Below are positions 35,511 through 47,547 of a DNA stretch of 64,000 nt, in pieces (the stretch's first letter is position 1; each line of letters begins with the position of its first letter). The position numbers and the translations under genes are program-made. The notes under the pieces are model-generated. The model saw only the letters and a program-made list of their open reading frames with translations. It ran no database searches and was not told where the DNA came from. Source of the stretch: Camelus ferus (Eukaryota); assembly GCF_009834535.1 (NCBI RefSeq), contig NC_045696.1:58902001-58966000 (forward strand), read 5' to 3'.

Positions 35511-37914
35511 AAAAAGCTAAAGCTCTAAACATTCTTAGAAACAATGAACAGTACATGTATGTAAATTTTAAAAATATGTGCAGTATATTGTGCATATGTA
35601 TTTATCTGCAATATATTGTATATATGCAGTCATATTGTAACAATTCTACCTAAGAAAACTGAAAAATGAAAAAAAAATTTTTTAATTAAAATAAAAAAAA
35701 AAAAAAAGGAGAGGGCCCCTTGGTCTGTCAGCAACAAGATGAAGGCTGCCAAGTGCTGAGCCTTACCCCCCAGACAGAAGACTGAGTGAGACTGGAAGAA
35801 GCGAAGTAGCCCAATAAAAACATCACAAATCAAAGCACTGAATTTAGAAGCCTCCTGGGAAACCTGGAGCAGGGCTGGGAAGGCCAGCCTCCAGTTGTCT
35901 GGGTAACCCATCTTTTGCTTCTGCCCCAGCCTGCACCTACGGAGTCCTGGCCTCATGAACCTTCCTTCTGCCCCGGGAAGGAGGAGGTTGGCACCCCACA
36001 GAAGTTTCCAGACTGTTCAGTCTGAAGACACATGAGTCCCCCTCTCCAGTGAATCAGGAGGGCAAGAAGATTAGAGCCAGCAAGTGGGAGGGATTCATAG
36101 AGCCTGAAGGTGGGTCTCACAGCTTCAAAAGGGTCTGAGATTGAGGAAAGCCAAGGGGGCTGGGGGAGGTGGTGTGAACAGCCTCCGGTACAGGGAGGTC
36201 CCTGGGTCTCCGCCTCTCTGGGGGTATTTCCCTTTTTAGGTAGTTAACTAAAGGTAGACATCAAACCCTTCACGATCCCAAAATCAGCATTAACTTTCTG
36301 CCACAGGCTCCTGAAGGGGTGTGTGGAGGGAGCACCCACCCTGCAGGGCTGTGTCAGAGAAGGAGAGGGCAGTGAGGACATGGGCATGGGAGGCTGAATC
36401 CCACTGTCCACACTGGAGCAGGCTCAGGCTTGGGTGACTTGAAAACCCTTCAACACTACCCTGCTCGACTCCCCACCACACATGTCAGGCCCCTTCCAGC
36501 ACATCTTTACAAACTTGTGGAAAAATATTGGTCATTTTCCCAGAATGAACATCTCTGGGCAAATTTCCTGTACACATGCCCTCACAGCAAAGGCTGTCAC
36601 ACAAGAAGATTCCAGAGGAACACTGCTTCTCTTGTTCCTGCAAACACCCATCCTGAAGTCCCCAGGACACAAAGCGTCAGGACGGTTGTGAAAGAGGCAG
36701 CCCAGCGTGGCTGTGACAGCAGTGCCAGGGTTGCTTGACTGGTATCCTCCAGGCTCTCCCTGGGGAGGACCCCTCTGCGGAAGACTGGAAGGAGTGGATG
36801 TGCAGCCCAGGGGTGGAAGCACAGGGCCACATGCATGGTGTGATGGAGGGTGACATGAGACACCACCACCCCTCAGAGACCAATACTTTGGTTGGGAGTA
36901 ACTGGGAGCTGGTGCCAGCTTTCAAAGACATTCATGGAAACACCCAAGCTTCTCTTCCAGGGTCCCCCATGTTTCCCTGTCAAGCAAGTCTTGGTGCCAG
37001 ATCTTAACCCCTCCAGCACTTCCTTCCAGCCCTTTGAATCCTATCAGGATGTAACATTCCCCCCAATCTGGAAAGAGTATTTAAAAGGAAGATTTGACCC
37101 TGGAGAAACCCTTCAGGATTAACTGGACACTGCTTTAGCTACCCAAAGATGCTTTCAAAGACCGACTTTTGGCTGCAGAGAGAGAGACGTACAGGAGATC
37201 AAGGCAAAGATATCTAAAAGCATCATCATCTGAGATAGTAGTGAGTGACCCACGTCAGAGGTAAAGCTCAGGCCAAGGCCAGGCATGGTATACAAAAGGG
37301 TGTTCCATCTACATCATCCCCAGGTCCCAGAAGCACAGGAACTCATAAATACATCTGAAAAACGAAATACTTATTATATCCCTACTTTAGACTAGGCACT
37401 GAAATTTCAGAGATGACAGGCCCTGGTTCCTGTCCTCTCGTTGTGAAAGTGCCCTACAGATGTTCCTCTCTCTCTTCTCTAAAAGATCATCAGCTTTGCA
37501 GACCGACAGGAGGAATCCCGGAGCCTGTTACGGCACTGGCAGCACCCCTCTGTATTCTCTAAGATTGCCTCTAACTGAACAAGTGGTCTTTCCTCCCCTG
37601 CTCTCTAGCTCAGGGTCTGCCTGGCTATGCCCTGTCCCCGGGCGCTGGGCCAGTACAGTGCCCAGAACCGGGCACAGTAAACAGGCATCTGGAGGTCCAA
37701 GGAGGAAGGTGTTGCTGCCTTCCCACCCTCACCCTCACACCCACCACAGGTGCAAGAGTCTTGGATGCTTCTCCCCCGGGCCCAAACACTTCTCTCCTGT
37801 TCCTTCTCCAGAGGTGGGAGACTCTGAGCTAGAGGAAGGCATAACATTTTCCAGGAGTGCTGACACTAAATTTCCAGCAAAGAGAGGGGAAAGCAGCCAT
37901 AAAGGGTATCGGGA

Positions 37915-38372
37915 CAATTGACAAAAATTGCATATGGGACTGTGGATTAAATGGCAGCATTGGTTCAATGTTAAATGTCCTGATTTTAATAACTGCATCG
38001 TGGTTATATTCTTAGGAGATACACATAAAATATTTAGAGGCCAAGAGCATGAAGTCTCTATTCATAAATTGTGAATATATACATATATGTACAGATACAA
38101 ATATATCTATATGATGACTGGTGAATATACATGAATACAGTGTATATATAGTGTGTGTGTATATATATATATATATATACACACACACTATATATAGAGA
38201 TATGAGTATTTGATGAATGGTGAATATATGTATGAGTTTACACATAGAAAATGATAAAACAATGGCACAAAATGTAAATACTTGTTGATTCTAAGTAAAG
38301 GGTGTACAAGAGTTTCTTGTACTATTCTTGCACCTTTTCTGTAAATTTGAAATTATATCAAAGTTATAAAAA
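37915..38372 (+). mobile_element. Old L1M 3' UTR fragment containing a TA/TG microsatellite (approximate ends)
   Basis: caatgttaaatgtcctgattttaataactg...gagtttcttgtactattcttgcaccttttctgtaaatttgaaattatatcaaag. Confidence 0.75.
38143..38196. repeat. Perfect 54-bp palindromic compound microsatellite (TA)4(GT)4G(TA)10C(AC)4(TA)4
   Basis: Checked base by base as its own reverse complement. Confidence 0.93.
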
Positions 38373-40444
38373 AAAATTCCCTTTGAGAGGTATGCAGGCA
38401 AGCACTCTGACAGGTCTCAAGGTCCAGGGACACATGCCGGCTGTCACCCTCTTTTCCCCCCAGCTCTTACGGCAGCCAGACCTCTGCCCCTTGGTGGGCA
38501 CTGCCCAGACTGTGTGGACAGCACAAGGGATGGCCCTGAGACCGCGCGAGGCCCAGGCGGTGTGGGAGGAATGTAGATCAGGGTTGCCCTCACAGTTCCC
38601 CATCTTACTAGCTGTGAGACTCTGGGCAGGACAGCGTAGTTCTCTAAGACTCAGCTTTGCCCATCTGTAAAATGGGAACAACCACTTGTAGCTCAGGTGA
38701 GTGAGACATGCCTGAAGTGACATGGACTGAGCACCTAAGATGCTGCCGTCTATGTGGGTGCCCAAGAAACTCTTGTTTGTATGGCGAGCAGATGCTCCCC
38801 TAAGTGGCGGCCTAACAATATTCACGCAGCTCCTGTGCAGCTTCTCCCTCCTGTCTCCCCTCCCCTCAACCAAAGCACATTCCTCCTCTCCTTCATAACC
38901 TGGAACCTGGCCTAGAGTTTCCCTCATCCTGAAATCTTCCCAGACCACCCCCTACTCATGCCTGTACTTGCGAGCTGGTGTCTGGTAGGTCGACTTGTAC
39001 TTTTATCAGTTTTCCCTCATCTGGCCCCTCAGGATGGGGCAAATTGACTTGGTGTTTCCCTCATGCTCCCCAGAGCTCAGCGGTGGCGGGGTCCCCAGGG
39101 CCCCTCAGGCCAGTGTGGATGAGCACTGTCCACTCTCACACCTGACAGCTCCCTCACAGGACCGAAATTCCGAGCTGGGGAGGGGAGGGCACACAGACAG
39201 TGATCTGGCTACCATCTGTTTGACAAGGAAACCACTCAGCCTTCCCTTGGTCACTGGAGGAAAGATGGATTTCCTGGTTAGATTAGGTACTTCCCAGCTC
39301 TTGACAAACATGAACACACATACACAGCCAGACCACTCAGCGACATGAGAATCTGGGCTTTCTCACGGAATCAGAGGTGTCTGGGACGGGGGACGGCAAT
39401 GCTAAGAGAAAAAGGCACGTTGCAGAGGTGGACAGACTGTGTAATTCCATCTCTGTGGGGAAAAAAACCCAATGGATACATTTGCATGTGTATATGTGAA
39501 TATTCAGAAAAAAGTAATTGTGACCAAATTTGAGGAGGTGAGTGGACTTAAGGGTAAGATGAAAGCGAGCTTTCACATTATCCTTGGTATATTTCTGTAC
39601 TGTTTAAAAAGTTTAAACAAGGCATGCATGTTTAACTTATATATAATTCATAAATAATACATTAATCCCCCAAAGTGGGAAAAGAACTGGGGGTGCAGAC
39701 CTAAAAGATAGCCCTTTCATTTCTTCTCTCTGGGAGGCCGCCTTCTCAGAGCCTGCTGGGAAGGAAGCCCCATGGTGTTGTGCAGGCACCCAGGGAACTC
39801 TGCAGGTTTCTGAAGCACACGAGCACACTGTGTAAGCAGGTGGAGGAGCAATGGCAGCCACCCTGCTAATGCTCGCAGCATCTGGGGTGGGGAGGGTGAC
39901 AGGTTGTGGTGATGGGCGGGTAGGAAGTGGGCTGGCAGAGGGATTCAACATGGTCATCACTGTACATGGAAACACACACTTCCATTCTTTTGGGAGTAAG
40001 GTATCTGTAACTCCAACTTGAAGGCTTTGTACACAGACTGAAATTCCCCTTCCACAGACAAGCAGTGTCCTTTGGAGTTAAGGCAGTTACGAATGTATTT
40101 GCTACAGAGATGAAGCATTTTCAGCCGGCCCCTCCCCTCCCCCTAAGCAGCTCCAACCGAGCCCCAATCCCTGCTCCCTCTGGAGGGGAAAGAACTCTGG
40201 CATCCAGCCTCCACCACAGAGCATTTGCTCCCTCCCTAAAGGCAGGTGATGGAGATACTCTGAAGACTGGGCCTGAGGGACCCTGAGGCGGTTCCACATT
40301 TAACGGAGGCTGTAGAGGAGCCCCCTTCTGCTTCTCAAGACCAACGGTGCAAGGGCACCAGGCTTCCCCTGGGACAGCTGGCTACCAGCCTGCCTGACAG
40401 CACCCTGGACTGGCCCAGGAACTTAAACAAGTACTGAGGCCTGG

Positions 40445-40555
40445 ATCCCAGCACCAGAGCTTCTGATCTAATTAGTCTAGGGTGTGGCCGGGCAGCAGTG
40501 TTTGTAAAAGCCCCCCAGGTGAACCTAATATACAGCCAGGGTTGAGAGGCCCTGC
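40445..40555. mobile_element. MER5-family (hAT-Charlie) fragment (approximate ends)
   Basis: ccagagcttctgatctaattagtctagggtgtggcc...aagccccccaggtgaacctaatatacagccagggttgaga. Confidence 0.65.
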
Positions 40556-42247
40556 CCCAGAACTGCAGGATAACAAGTTGACCGGGGTTTTCCACAGCCC
40601 TCTCTTCTCCAGGGCACTGAGCCCAAGTCCCGGGTCTGCTCACTGTCTCTAGCTTGTTTTCCTCTTTTACTGCTCTCCTCTGACTCCATCTCACTTCCCT
40701 TGGGATCTCACTGGAATGGACGTGCCACAGCTGAGGACAGGAGGCTGCTAGCCTCCCAGCTCAAACTCCACACGCTCCTGCTTCTGCCCCCATGAGAGGC
40801 GAACAACCACATTGGACCCTAGTTCACCATCACTTGGTGCTCTTCTAAGATCCCACGTCTCTTCCGCTGACGTTTCCCCAGAACTAACAGCACAGGCACA
40901 AGAAATCCTTTTGGAAGGCAAAATCATTAACCCAATTCTCACTAGATTTTTCTTAGAATTGTTTATGCATTTCCAAGAGCTTACTAAACGTCACCCTTGA
41001 TAATCTGAGGCTCCCCAGTGGTTATCCATAAAAAATTATCATTCCCATTTGGCTGCCCTGGCATCCTGAAGGCTGAGCATCCCCCTGACAGCCTGGCTGG
41101 TATGTGTGCAAGGAACCCAAGCTCCTCATTGGGAAGATAAGTATGTTGCTTTGATAAGAAGAGATGGGAATAAAACTAAGCTATAGAACACCGCCTTGTA
41201 ATGGAAGAAGAGAGGCAGCCTTTGAATTAACCTAGCTCACTTTCCTTTATCAGTATGGGTAGTCTTCTGATTTTATAAGATATTGAAATATTTTTGTGGG
41301 CCCATAAAAGCATTGAGAACCCTAGGCCCTGGCCTGAAAGATAAGGGGGCCCTAGGGGAAGCGGAGATCCCAAAAGAGGGAAACAACTGTACAGAGTCAC
41401 AGTGGAAGCCCCTTCCCCACTTGGCTATTAAGACCACAGCTATAAGTTGGTTCCAATAGATGCTGGTAAAGCTCTTCTGTGAACAGGCATGGCACCATCA
41501 TCCTGAAAGGTGCATGTGTGAGTTGGCCCAGTAAGAGGCCCAGGGAACTCACAAAGAAGGAAGGGGGCTGAGACACAGACACGTCACCGTGACACTGGGG
41601 AGGAGACAGTCAATGGCAGAAAGGGGTACTGGGGGGGTGCTCACTGGAGGGAAGAGCTCCACTCAGCTGCAGCAAGGACAAACTTGGGGATGAGATGCCT
41701 TTTCTGTGGGAGTCTGTCCCACGAGAGAGGTGCCAGAGTAAAGGCACAAAGGGAGGAACACAGGGATGTCCGGTGCACGAGGAGGAGCTCAGTTTGGCTT
41801 GAGGATAGGATGGGGGTAAAGGAGCTGGGGGCAGCACGTGGAAAGAGCCACTGAGGCTGGACGTCTGGATGTGCGGGGTGAGCCCAGGCAGCACCGTGTG
41901 GGAAGGTCACTTGGACGGGACTGGTGGGCTTTGGAGACCACTGGGCACTCCAACCAGAGCCACGATGTAGGAAGGTCCACCAGGCAGGAAAGACTCACTT
42001 GGGGGAGATTCGGGAGCTTTCCCAGGGGCCTGAGTGAGACTGAGAGAGGACGGGGAGGTGTAACACCACTCAGGCTGCAGGGAGATGGGAAGGGTGAGAA
42101 AAGGCCACCAGCTTGGTCACCAGGAGCTCATCGGGCACCAGGGTGAGGGCAGGGGCCAGGCTCCGGGGAGCACGGGCAAGGAAGTGGGAGCCTCCGATGC
42201 TGGCCCTCAGCCCGGGGTCTGCCTGGAAGAGCTGAACAAGTACTTAC

Positions 42248-42334
42248 TCTCTGTTCCCAGCACGGGAGGAAGCGAGCTCTTTGGCCTCCGGGCTTTCATC
42301 TCCGGGGCCTTGGCATTCTCACTGGCGGGGGCAT
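42248..42334 (-). CDS. MYLK: MYLK exon (human exon 20 equivalent), linker
   Basis: 87 bp. Acceptor ttccag|ATGCC, donor GAGA|gtaagt. Translates (D)APASENAKAPEMKARRPKSSLPPVLGTE(S). Confidence 0.97.
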
Positions 42335-44128
42335 CTGGAACAGAATGAGCAACAGTGTGAGTCAGCAGCTGCCCAGGGAAAGGAGCAGAGGAGGCACCAC
42401 AGTAGAAAGCCCACCTCAACCGCAGGGATAGTCCCCTCTTCCCGCTCCACTCTGAGGGCCCTCAGCACCCCCGGGCAGATGGTGCCTGCAGCCAGCACCT
42501 TCCTCACAAGAGCACCAAAGAAGGAGGGTCCGTCCGCGAGGCTTTATAAATCAGGTGGAGAGCAGTTGTGCTGAAGACGGGTGGACAGGCTATGCTGGGA
42601 GGGCGCTAGTTAATGCTTTCTCCTCGGCAGCAGGCCCAGGCCGCCAGAATCACATCATTGGCCAGACTTGGGGACAGCAGGCACCCCTCTGCTCACCTCT
42701 CCCCTTCTTTTCCTTTCATTGAGTCTTAACTCACTCAGGCTAAACACTCTGGATTTCCGAAAGCATACTGCTCTGTGTAGAGAGGCTTCTTGGACAGGGA
42801 GTGGGGACAGGGTTGTTGCTCTTGGTCTGGTGGGGGGCTTGCAGCCTCTGATTTCTCAGACTCCCTTGTACAGATGGGCACTGACGGTCAGCCCTCCAGG
42901 CCGGCATGCCTCACCCACTCTGGACTAAGCCTTGGACCCGGCGTGGGGGCTTCTGCACCGTCCCCACCCAGAGCAGGTCCAGTGAAGCCCCACAGATGCA
43001 GCCTCCGGGCAGAGCTGAAATCCTGCGGGGATGAGCGCACGGCTCCTCAGGCCTGCCCTCTCCTCTCCCTCTTCTTTCACATTCACACCAAGTGTGGACG
43101 GTGCCGGGGCAGTGGGGTAACATCGTGCTGGGCTCAACTGGGCAGAAAAGGCCCTCACTGGGCCCCAAGGAGACTGGACTCTAGGAAGCTGCAGGGAAAT
43201 CACCCAGGGAGCAGGATAAGAAGGGGCTGGCTGCACCGCTATCACTACACTCCAGCATCTTCCCCACAAGAAGCTCTCTTCAGGGAGCGTGCTTGGGGGG
43301 AGCCTCCCCCTCAGAGCCACTTCCTGTGTATCCTTTTCCTGCTCCTGAAGAGGAAGCACAGGGGGAGAAGGAGGGGTGGGACTTTCCAGCTGAGGCTTGG
43401 CCACATTCTTGTGGCCTGGCTGGGGAGGAAGGGCCATCTCCCTGTCCCCGCCTCCAAGGTGGGGAAAGTCCGGCTGCTAGCAGCAGCGCTGTCTCCTAGA
43501 CAGGGCTCCTGGGGCTTTAGGGGCTGGGCACATACACTCCCCGGCAAGCAGACTCCTGGTGCTTCCATCTGGATGCATTGTTCTTTCTATATGGCATTTG
43601 GGTCCCTTTCCTGTTCCAGAATGTGGGTCTGTCCATATAAATTCCTTCACACCAGTCGGCTTCCTTCCCAACCCAAAGCCTGCCCACTCTCCATTAGCTG
43701 GGTAATCCGGGAACAGAGGCTCGAGGCAGGCACTGTCCAGGCTCCTGGCAGCTCCGAGGCTCACAGGACTGCAGGACTGCAGGACTGCAGGAACAATTCC
43801 CTACTGCAGTCGGCCAAGAGCTGTCCTCATGTAATTACAGGAATGATTAAGTGTCATCCTTAAGTAGAACCTCCTAGCATTATATGACAGGGGATGGGGC
43901 TGAGAGAACAAAGCTGGAAAGGATCCCTTTAAGCAGCACTTGATAACCCGGCCCTCCTACCCTGCCACCTTCCATAAAAGAGCCCCAGGTGATGAGTCGG
44001 GGTCCTGCCATCCGTAGCTGACATGGCCCGTGTCCTGTCTCCTGAGTGGGCCACCCACACCCCAGGTTCCATGTGGACATGGATGGAGGAGCAGGACATC
44101 CCATGGGGAAGGGGATGATTTCATTTTC

Positions 44129-44150
44129 TGTGTGTGTGTGTGTGTGTGTG
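44129..44150 (+). repeat. (TG)11 microsatellite
   Basis: Direct reading. Confidence 0.95.
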
Positions 44151-45522
44151 TACAAGGGCATGTAGAGGTGGGGTGGGGGACAGGAGGGCCTCAGGGACTA
44201 TTCCTAGAGTCAGGAAAACCTGTCCTTGCTTCCCTTGATATTTGTGGATCAGGAAGCCATAAACCAGGCCTTTCCTTCCTCTTTTCCTTTAAGACCAGTC
44301 CTTCTGACAGCACCGATGACAATTTAAAGAAAGGCGCACCCAGAAATTTGTTTGTTTTCCCCCTTTTCAGGAACAGGAGGAGTGGGCAGAGTATGTTTGG
44401 ACAGTTCCCTGTTCCTTGGCTTCAGCACTCTTTTTGCTGTCTTTTTCCAGGTCGGTGTTGGGGCATCAGAGGAGGGAGATAAAGAAGGATTGAGATTGTT
44501 TTTTTTTTTAACTGATGGGTAAACGGAGGCATGAGCAAGCAAAGGATGGGATGCTGAGAGGCCCAGTTTCTTTCAGGGTTCCTGAAAGAAGGGAGACAGG
44601 GACTGAGATTCCTGCTCTCCTTGGTAGGGGGTGTTGGGCTCTTCCTCCACTCGTGTTAGAGCAGGGACAGAGAGAGGAGGGCTCTGGTTTAGGCTTTGTC
44701 ATCAACAGTCCTGGGATCCTGGGCAAATCACTTCAGCTGCCCCGGGTCTCTAGATCCACATCTATACTGAGGGAATGACACTCATCTTCTCCACCTCACA
44801 GTCTTACAAGGCTCAAGGGAGAGAATGCAGGGCAGAAAACCCATCATTTACCTATTCATTCATTTCTCCTGTTCGCCACATTTCCTTGCCTCCTTCCCAA
44901 ATCTGCTTTAAAATCCTCCACCTTCAGAAAGCCCTCCCTGCCCTGCCCCTACTGCATGTTTCCTGCCTCTGCGTCCCTCCACAGCTCTTGAGTGCTAGCT
45001 TTACACTGACAAGTAAGTACACCACTGTCATGTGCTTTAAGCGTTGTTTGTAGACGTTCTCTGCACCTTATCTTTCCATCTGGCGGTGAGGAAAGGGGCT
45101 CAAGCTTCCCTGTCAAACCAGGCACACACCCAGAATTGGAAACCCACAGGGGTGGGACCGAGCCCCCTCTTCCCTCTGCAGCGCCCCCGCCCCCTGGGGG
45201 CTGTGCTGCGCCACGAGCCACCAGACATCCGTGAGAACTGCAGGAAGAAGTGGGCTGGGACACAACCATGTGCTTAATCAGAAACAGCTCTGTGCTCACA
45301 CGGCTGTCCAGGGGATAAAAATAATAGTAATAAAAGTTTAAGAGCAGTCTGTATTTTCTGTCTATTTTAATCAGTTTTTGTGATGAAATTGAACTCCATT
45401 TCTAGATCTGGGCCCCAGGGCTGGAGTCCTTTGCTGGCTTTCTTGTGCCCCCAGAGAAGCATGGGGGAGGAAGGTGGCGGTGTGTGGAGGTGGGGGGCCT
45501 CCACATAGAGAGGAAAACGTGT

Positions 45523-45532
45523 CCTTTTATGG
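45523..45532. promoter_or_regulatory. Consensus CArG box CCTTTTATGG (candidate SRF site)
   Basis: Same 10-mer as the telokin CArG in the opposite orientation, flanked by inverted TGT/ACA. Confidence 0.35.
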
Positions 45533-45961
45533 ACAACACCTCACCCCTTCCACTCCTCGGCTCACTCTGGGCTCAGCCCTCCAAGGCAGCATTTCTTCTC
45601 TCTCCCCCGAGAGAGGTAACCCTAGGCAGGGGGAATAAGGTCTTGGGAGGCTTCTGGGAGGGGTCTGAGCTTCCAGGAGCCCCATGCATAGGCAGGGCAG
45701 AGGGGCTGGCCTCTCTCTCTGCCTGGGAACAAGCAGCAGGCTAGCATAATCAGGAGGGAGGGAGCTCTGGTTAGGATAAGTGCCTTTCTGGCTTTCCAGT
45801 TGGGTGACTGTGAGTCCTTGGGCTAGTTCCTGACCTTCTTCACCAGGAAAATGGGAATAATAATACATCAACAGAGGAGTGAATGAGATGTGGGGTAAGA
45901 GCTGGTATTTACTGGGTCCTCAGTCCGTGCCTGGCACGATGCTAAGTTTCATACACTTGTT

Positions 45962-46038
45962 TCAGGTTGAACCACCACTTGCCAATATTCAAGTGTTTCT
46001 GACCTACTGAAGGGGCAATTTTATTTAGTTCAGCCTAA
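45962..46038. mobile_element. MADE2-like mariner MITE
   Basis: tcaggttgaacc...ttgccaatattc...tgacctac...ggcaattttatttagttcagcctaa, about 80 bp with degenerate terminal inverted repeats. Confidence 0.75.
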
Positions 46039-46284
46039 TACACATCAGCTGGCTGTGATAATATAAAGAATAATCACGAAAGTGGGAGCAGACAGAAGCC
46101 AAGAAAAGAAGAGTGGGTCAAAGTCAGCTTAGCCATAATCAGAGAGGCTCCCTGGCCACGACAGCAGTGACCACAGTGGTTGGAGCCAACACTTGAGTTT
46201 AAATTCCCACCCAGCTAGGTATTAGCTGTGTGGCCCTCAGTACATCACTTGGTCTCTGTACACCTCAAATGAGGCTTTAAATTT

Positions 46285-47547
46285 CATTGTCATGGTTACA
46301 AGTTATCTCCGAGTTACCAAATCCAACAGCCAATGCTCAGGCTCATTTATTCCACTTGGCAGAAGCATTTGAAGCGCTGATCTCCATCATTCCTTTCTTA
46401 TTGATATGATCACTATCTAGCCTCTGGGACTCCTCTCTCTCCTGGATTTCTTCCTGTCTCACTGTGGCCATTCCTTCTCAGGCTCCTTCGCAGACCTCCG
46501 TCTTGCTTTACTTCTGTGTTGGAGTCTCTCTTTCCCTACTCCATCCACATCCACCCCTAGGGACATTTAACCCCAGGGCATTCAGTGGCCTCATGTGGAT
46601 GGCTCCTCATATCCTGCCTCCAACCCTGACCTCCCTCCTCCACTCCAGATTCATCTAAATGCCTTTCTATGTGACATGCCCACTTGGATGTCTAATGGAT
46701 ATCCTTAAACTTCACTTCACGAAACTCTTGACTGTTCCCCCACCCCCTGATCTCAGTAGGTAGTACCACCATTGACTTGCGCTCCCCCATGAAAACCAAG
46801 GATCACCTTTGACATCGCTGTCTCTCTCTCTCTGTTTGCAATGCATCAGAAAATTCTATCTGCTTTACTGTCAAAATATGGTAAATCTGATCATTTCCCA
46901 CCTCTTCCGTGGAGTGTAAGCTGCCATCATCTCCTGCCTGGGCCACCCCAGCAAACTCCCATCTGCTCTCCCTGCCTTCCCTCTTACCCCTCCTGGGTCT
47001 GGCCCCTACCTAAGTGGTCCTTTACAGCATCCAGTGTTGTTCCATCACACTTAGAATAAAATCCAGTGTCCTGGTCATGGTCTGCAAGGCCCTGCAGATC
47101 TGGACGCTGGTCCTCCTCAGCCTCATTTCCTCCCATTCTGCTCCCAACCCAGGGCTCGGCCACCCTGGTCTCCTTGCTCCTCCTTCTGGGAGTGCTCTGG
47201 CCCAAGCTTCGCTCAGGGCTTTGCTCCGGTTCCTTACCTCTTCCTTCCTCCTGCTGAGATTCCTTCCCATAAGTCTTCAGGCCCCTATTCAAATGCCTCT
47301 TCCTCAGAAAGGCCACACCCTCTCCCACAACAGCATCCCTCCCCCAACACCCTGCTTCGCTCTCTTCAAAGCACGTGTTTTTGCCTGAGATCACATGACA
47401 TATCTGTTCATCCATATTTTTGTCTCTCCCTCACTCAAATGTAAAGTCCTTGAGAATAGGAATCTCTGTTTTGTTCACTGCTTTTAACTCCAGCCCCAGG
47501 AGCACTGCCTGGCAGAGTGGGCACTGACATACCAGTTGGATGAGTGA
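46285..47547 (+). mobile_element. L2 LINE 3' portion (approximate ends)
   Basis: ccacttggatgtctaatgg...aatgtaaagtccttgagaataggaatctctgttttgttcactgc...actgcctggcagagtgggcact is the L2 3' end. Confidence 0.8.

Larger units (their letters stand above)
32964..35704 (+). mobile_element. TSD-flanked L1-derived element: 5'UTR, ORF1, short inverted ORF2 piece, AT-rich tail and poly(A) (half-L1/HAL1-like)
   Basis: 14-bp direct repeat AAAGGAGAGGGCCC at 32950-32963 and 35705-35718. The 5' end reads catcaagatggcggagt. A poly(A) tract precedes the right TSD. Confidence 0.88.

Noticed and set aside
43764..43792. Short tandem repeat of CAGGACTG, about 3.5 copies
   Set aside because: It is a small slippage duplication with no supporting context.
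42790..43863. 357-aa plus-strand ORF
   Set aside because: It starts at TTG, has a low-information composition typical of GC-rich intron, and shows no recognisable motif or exon structure.
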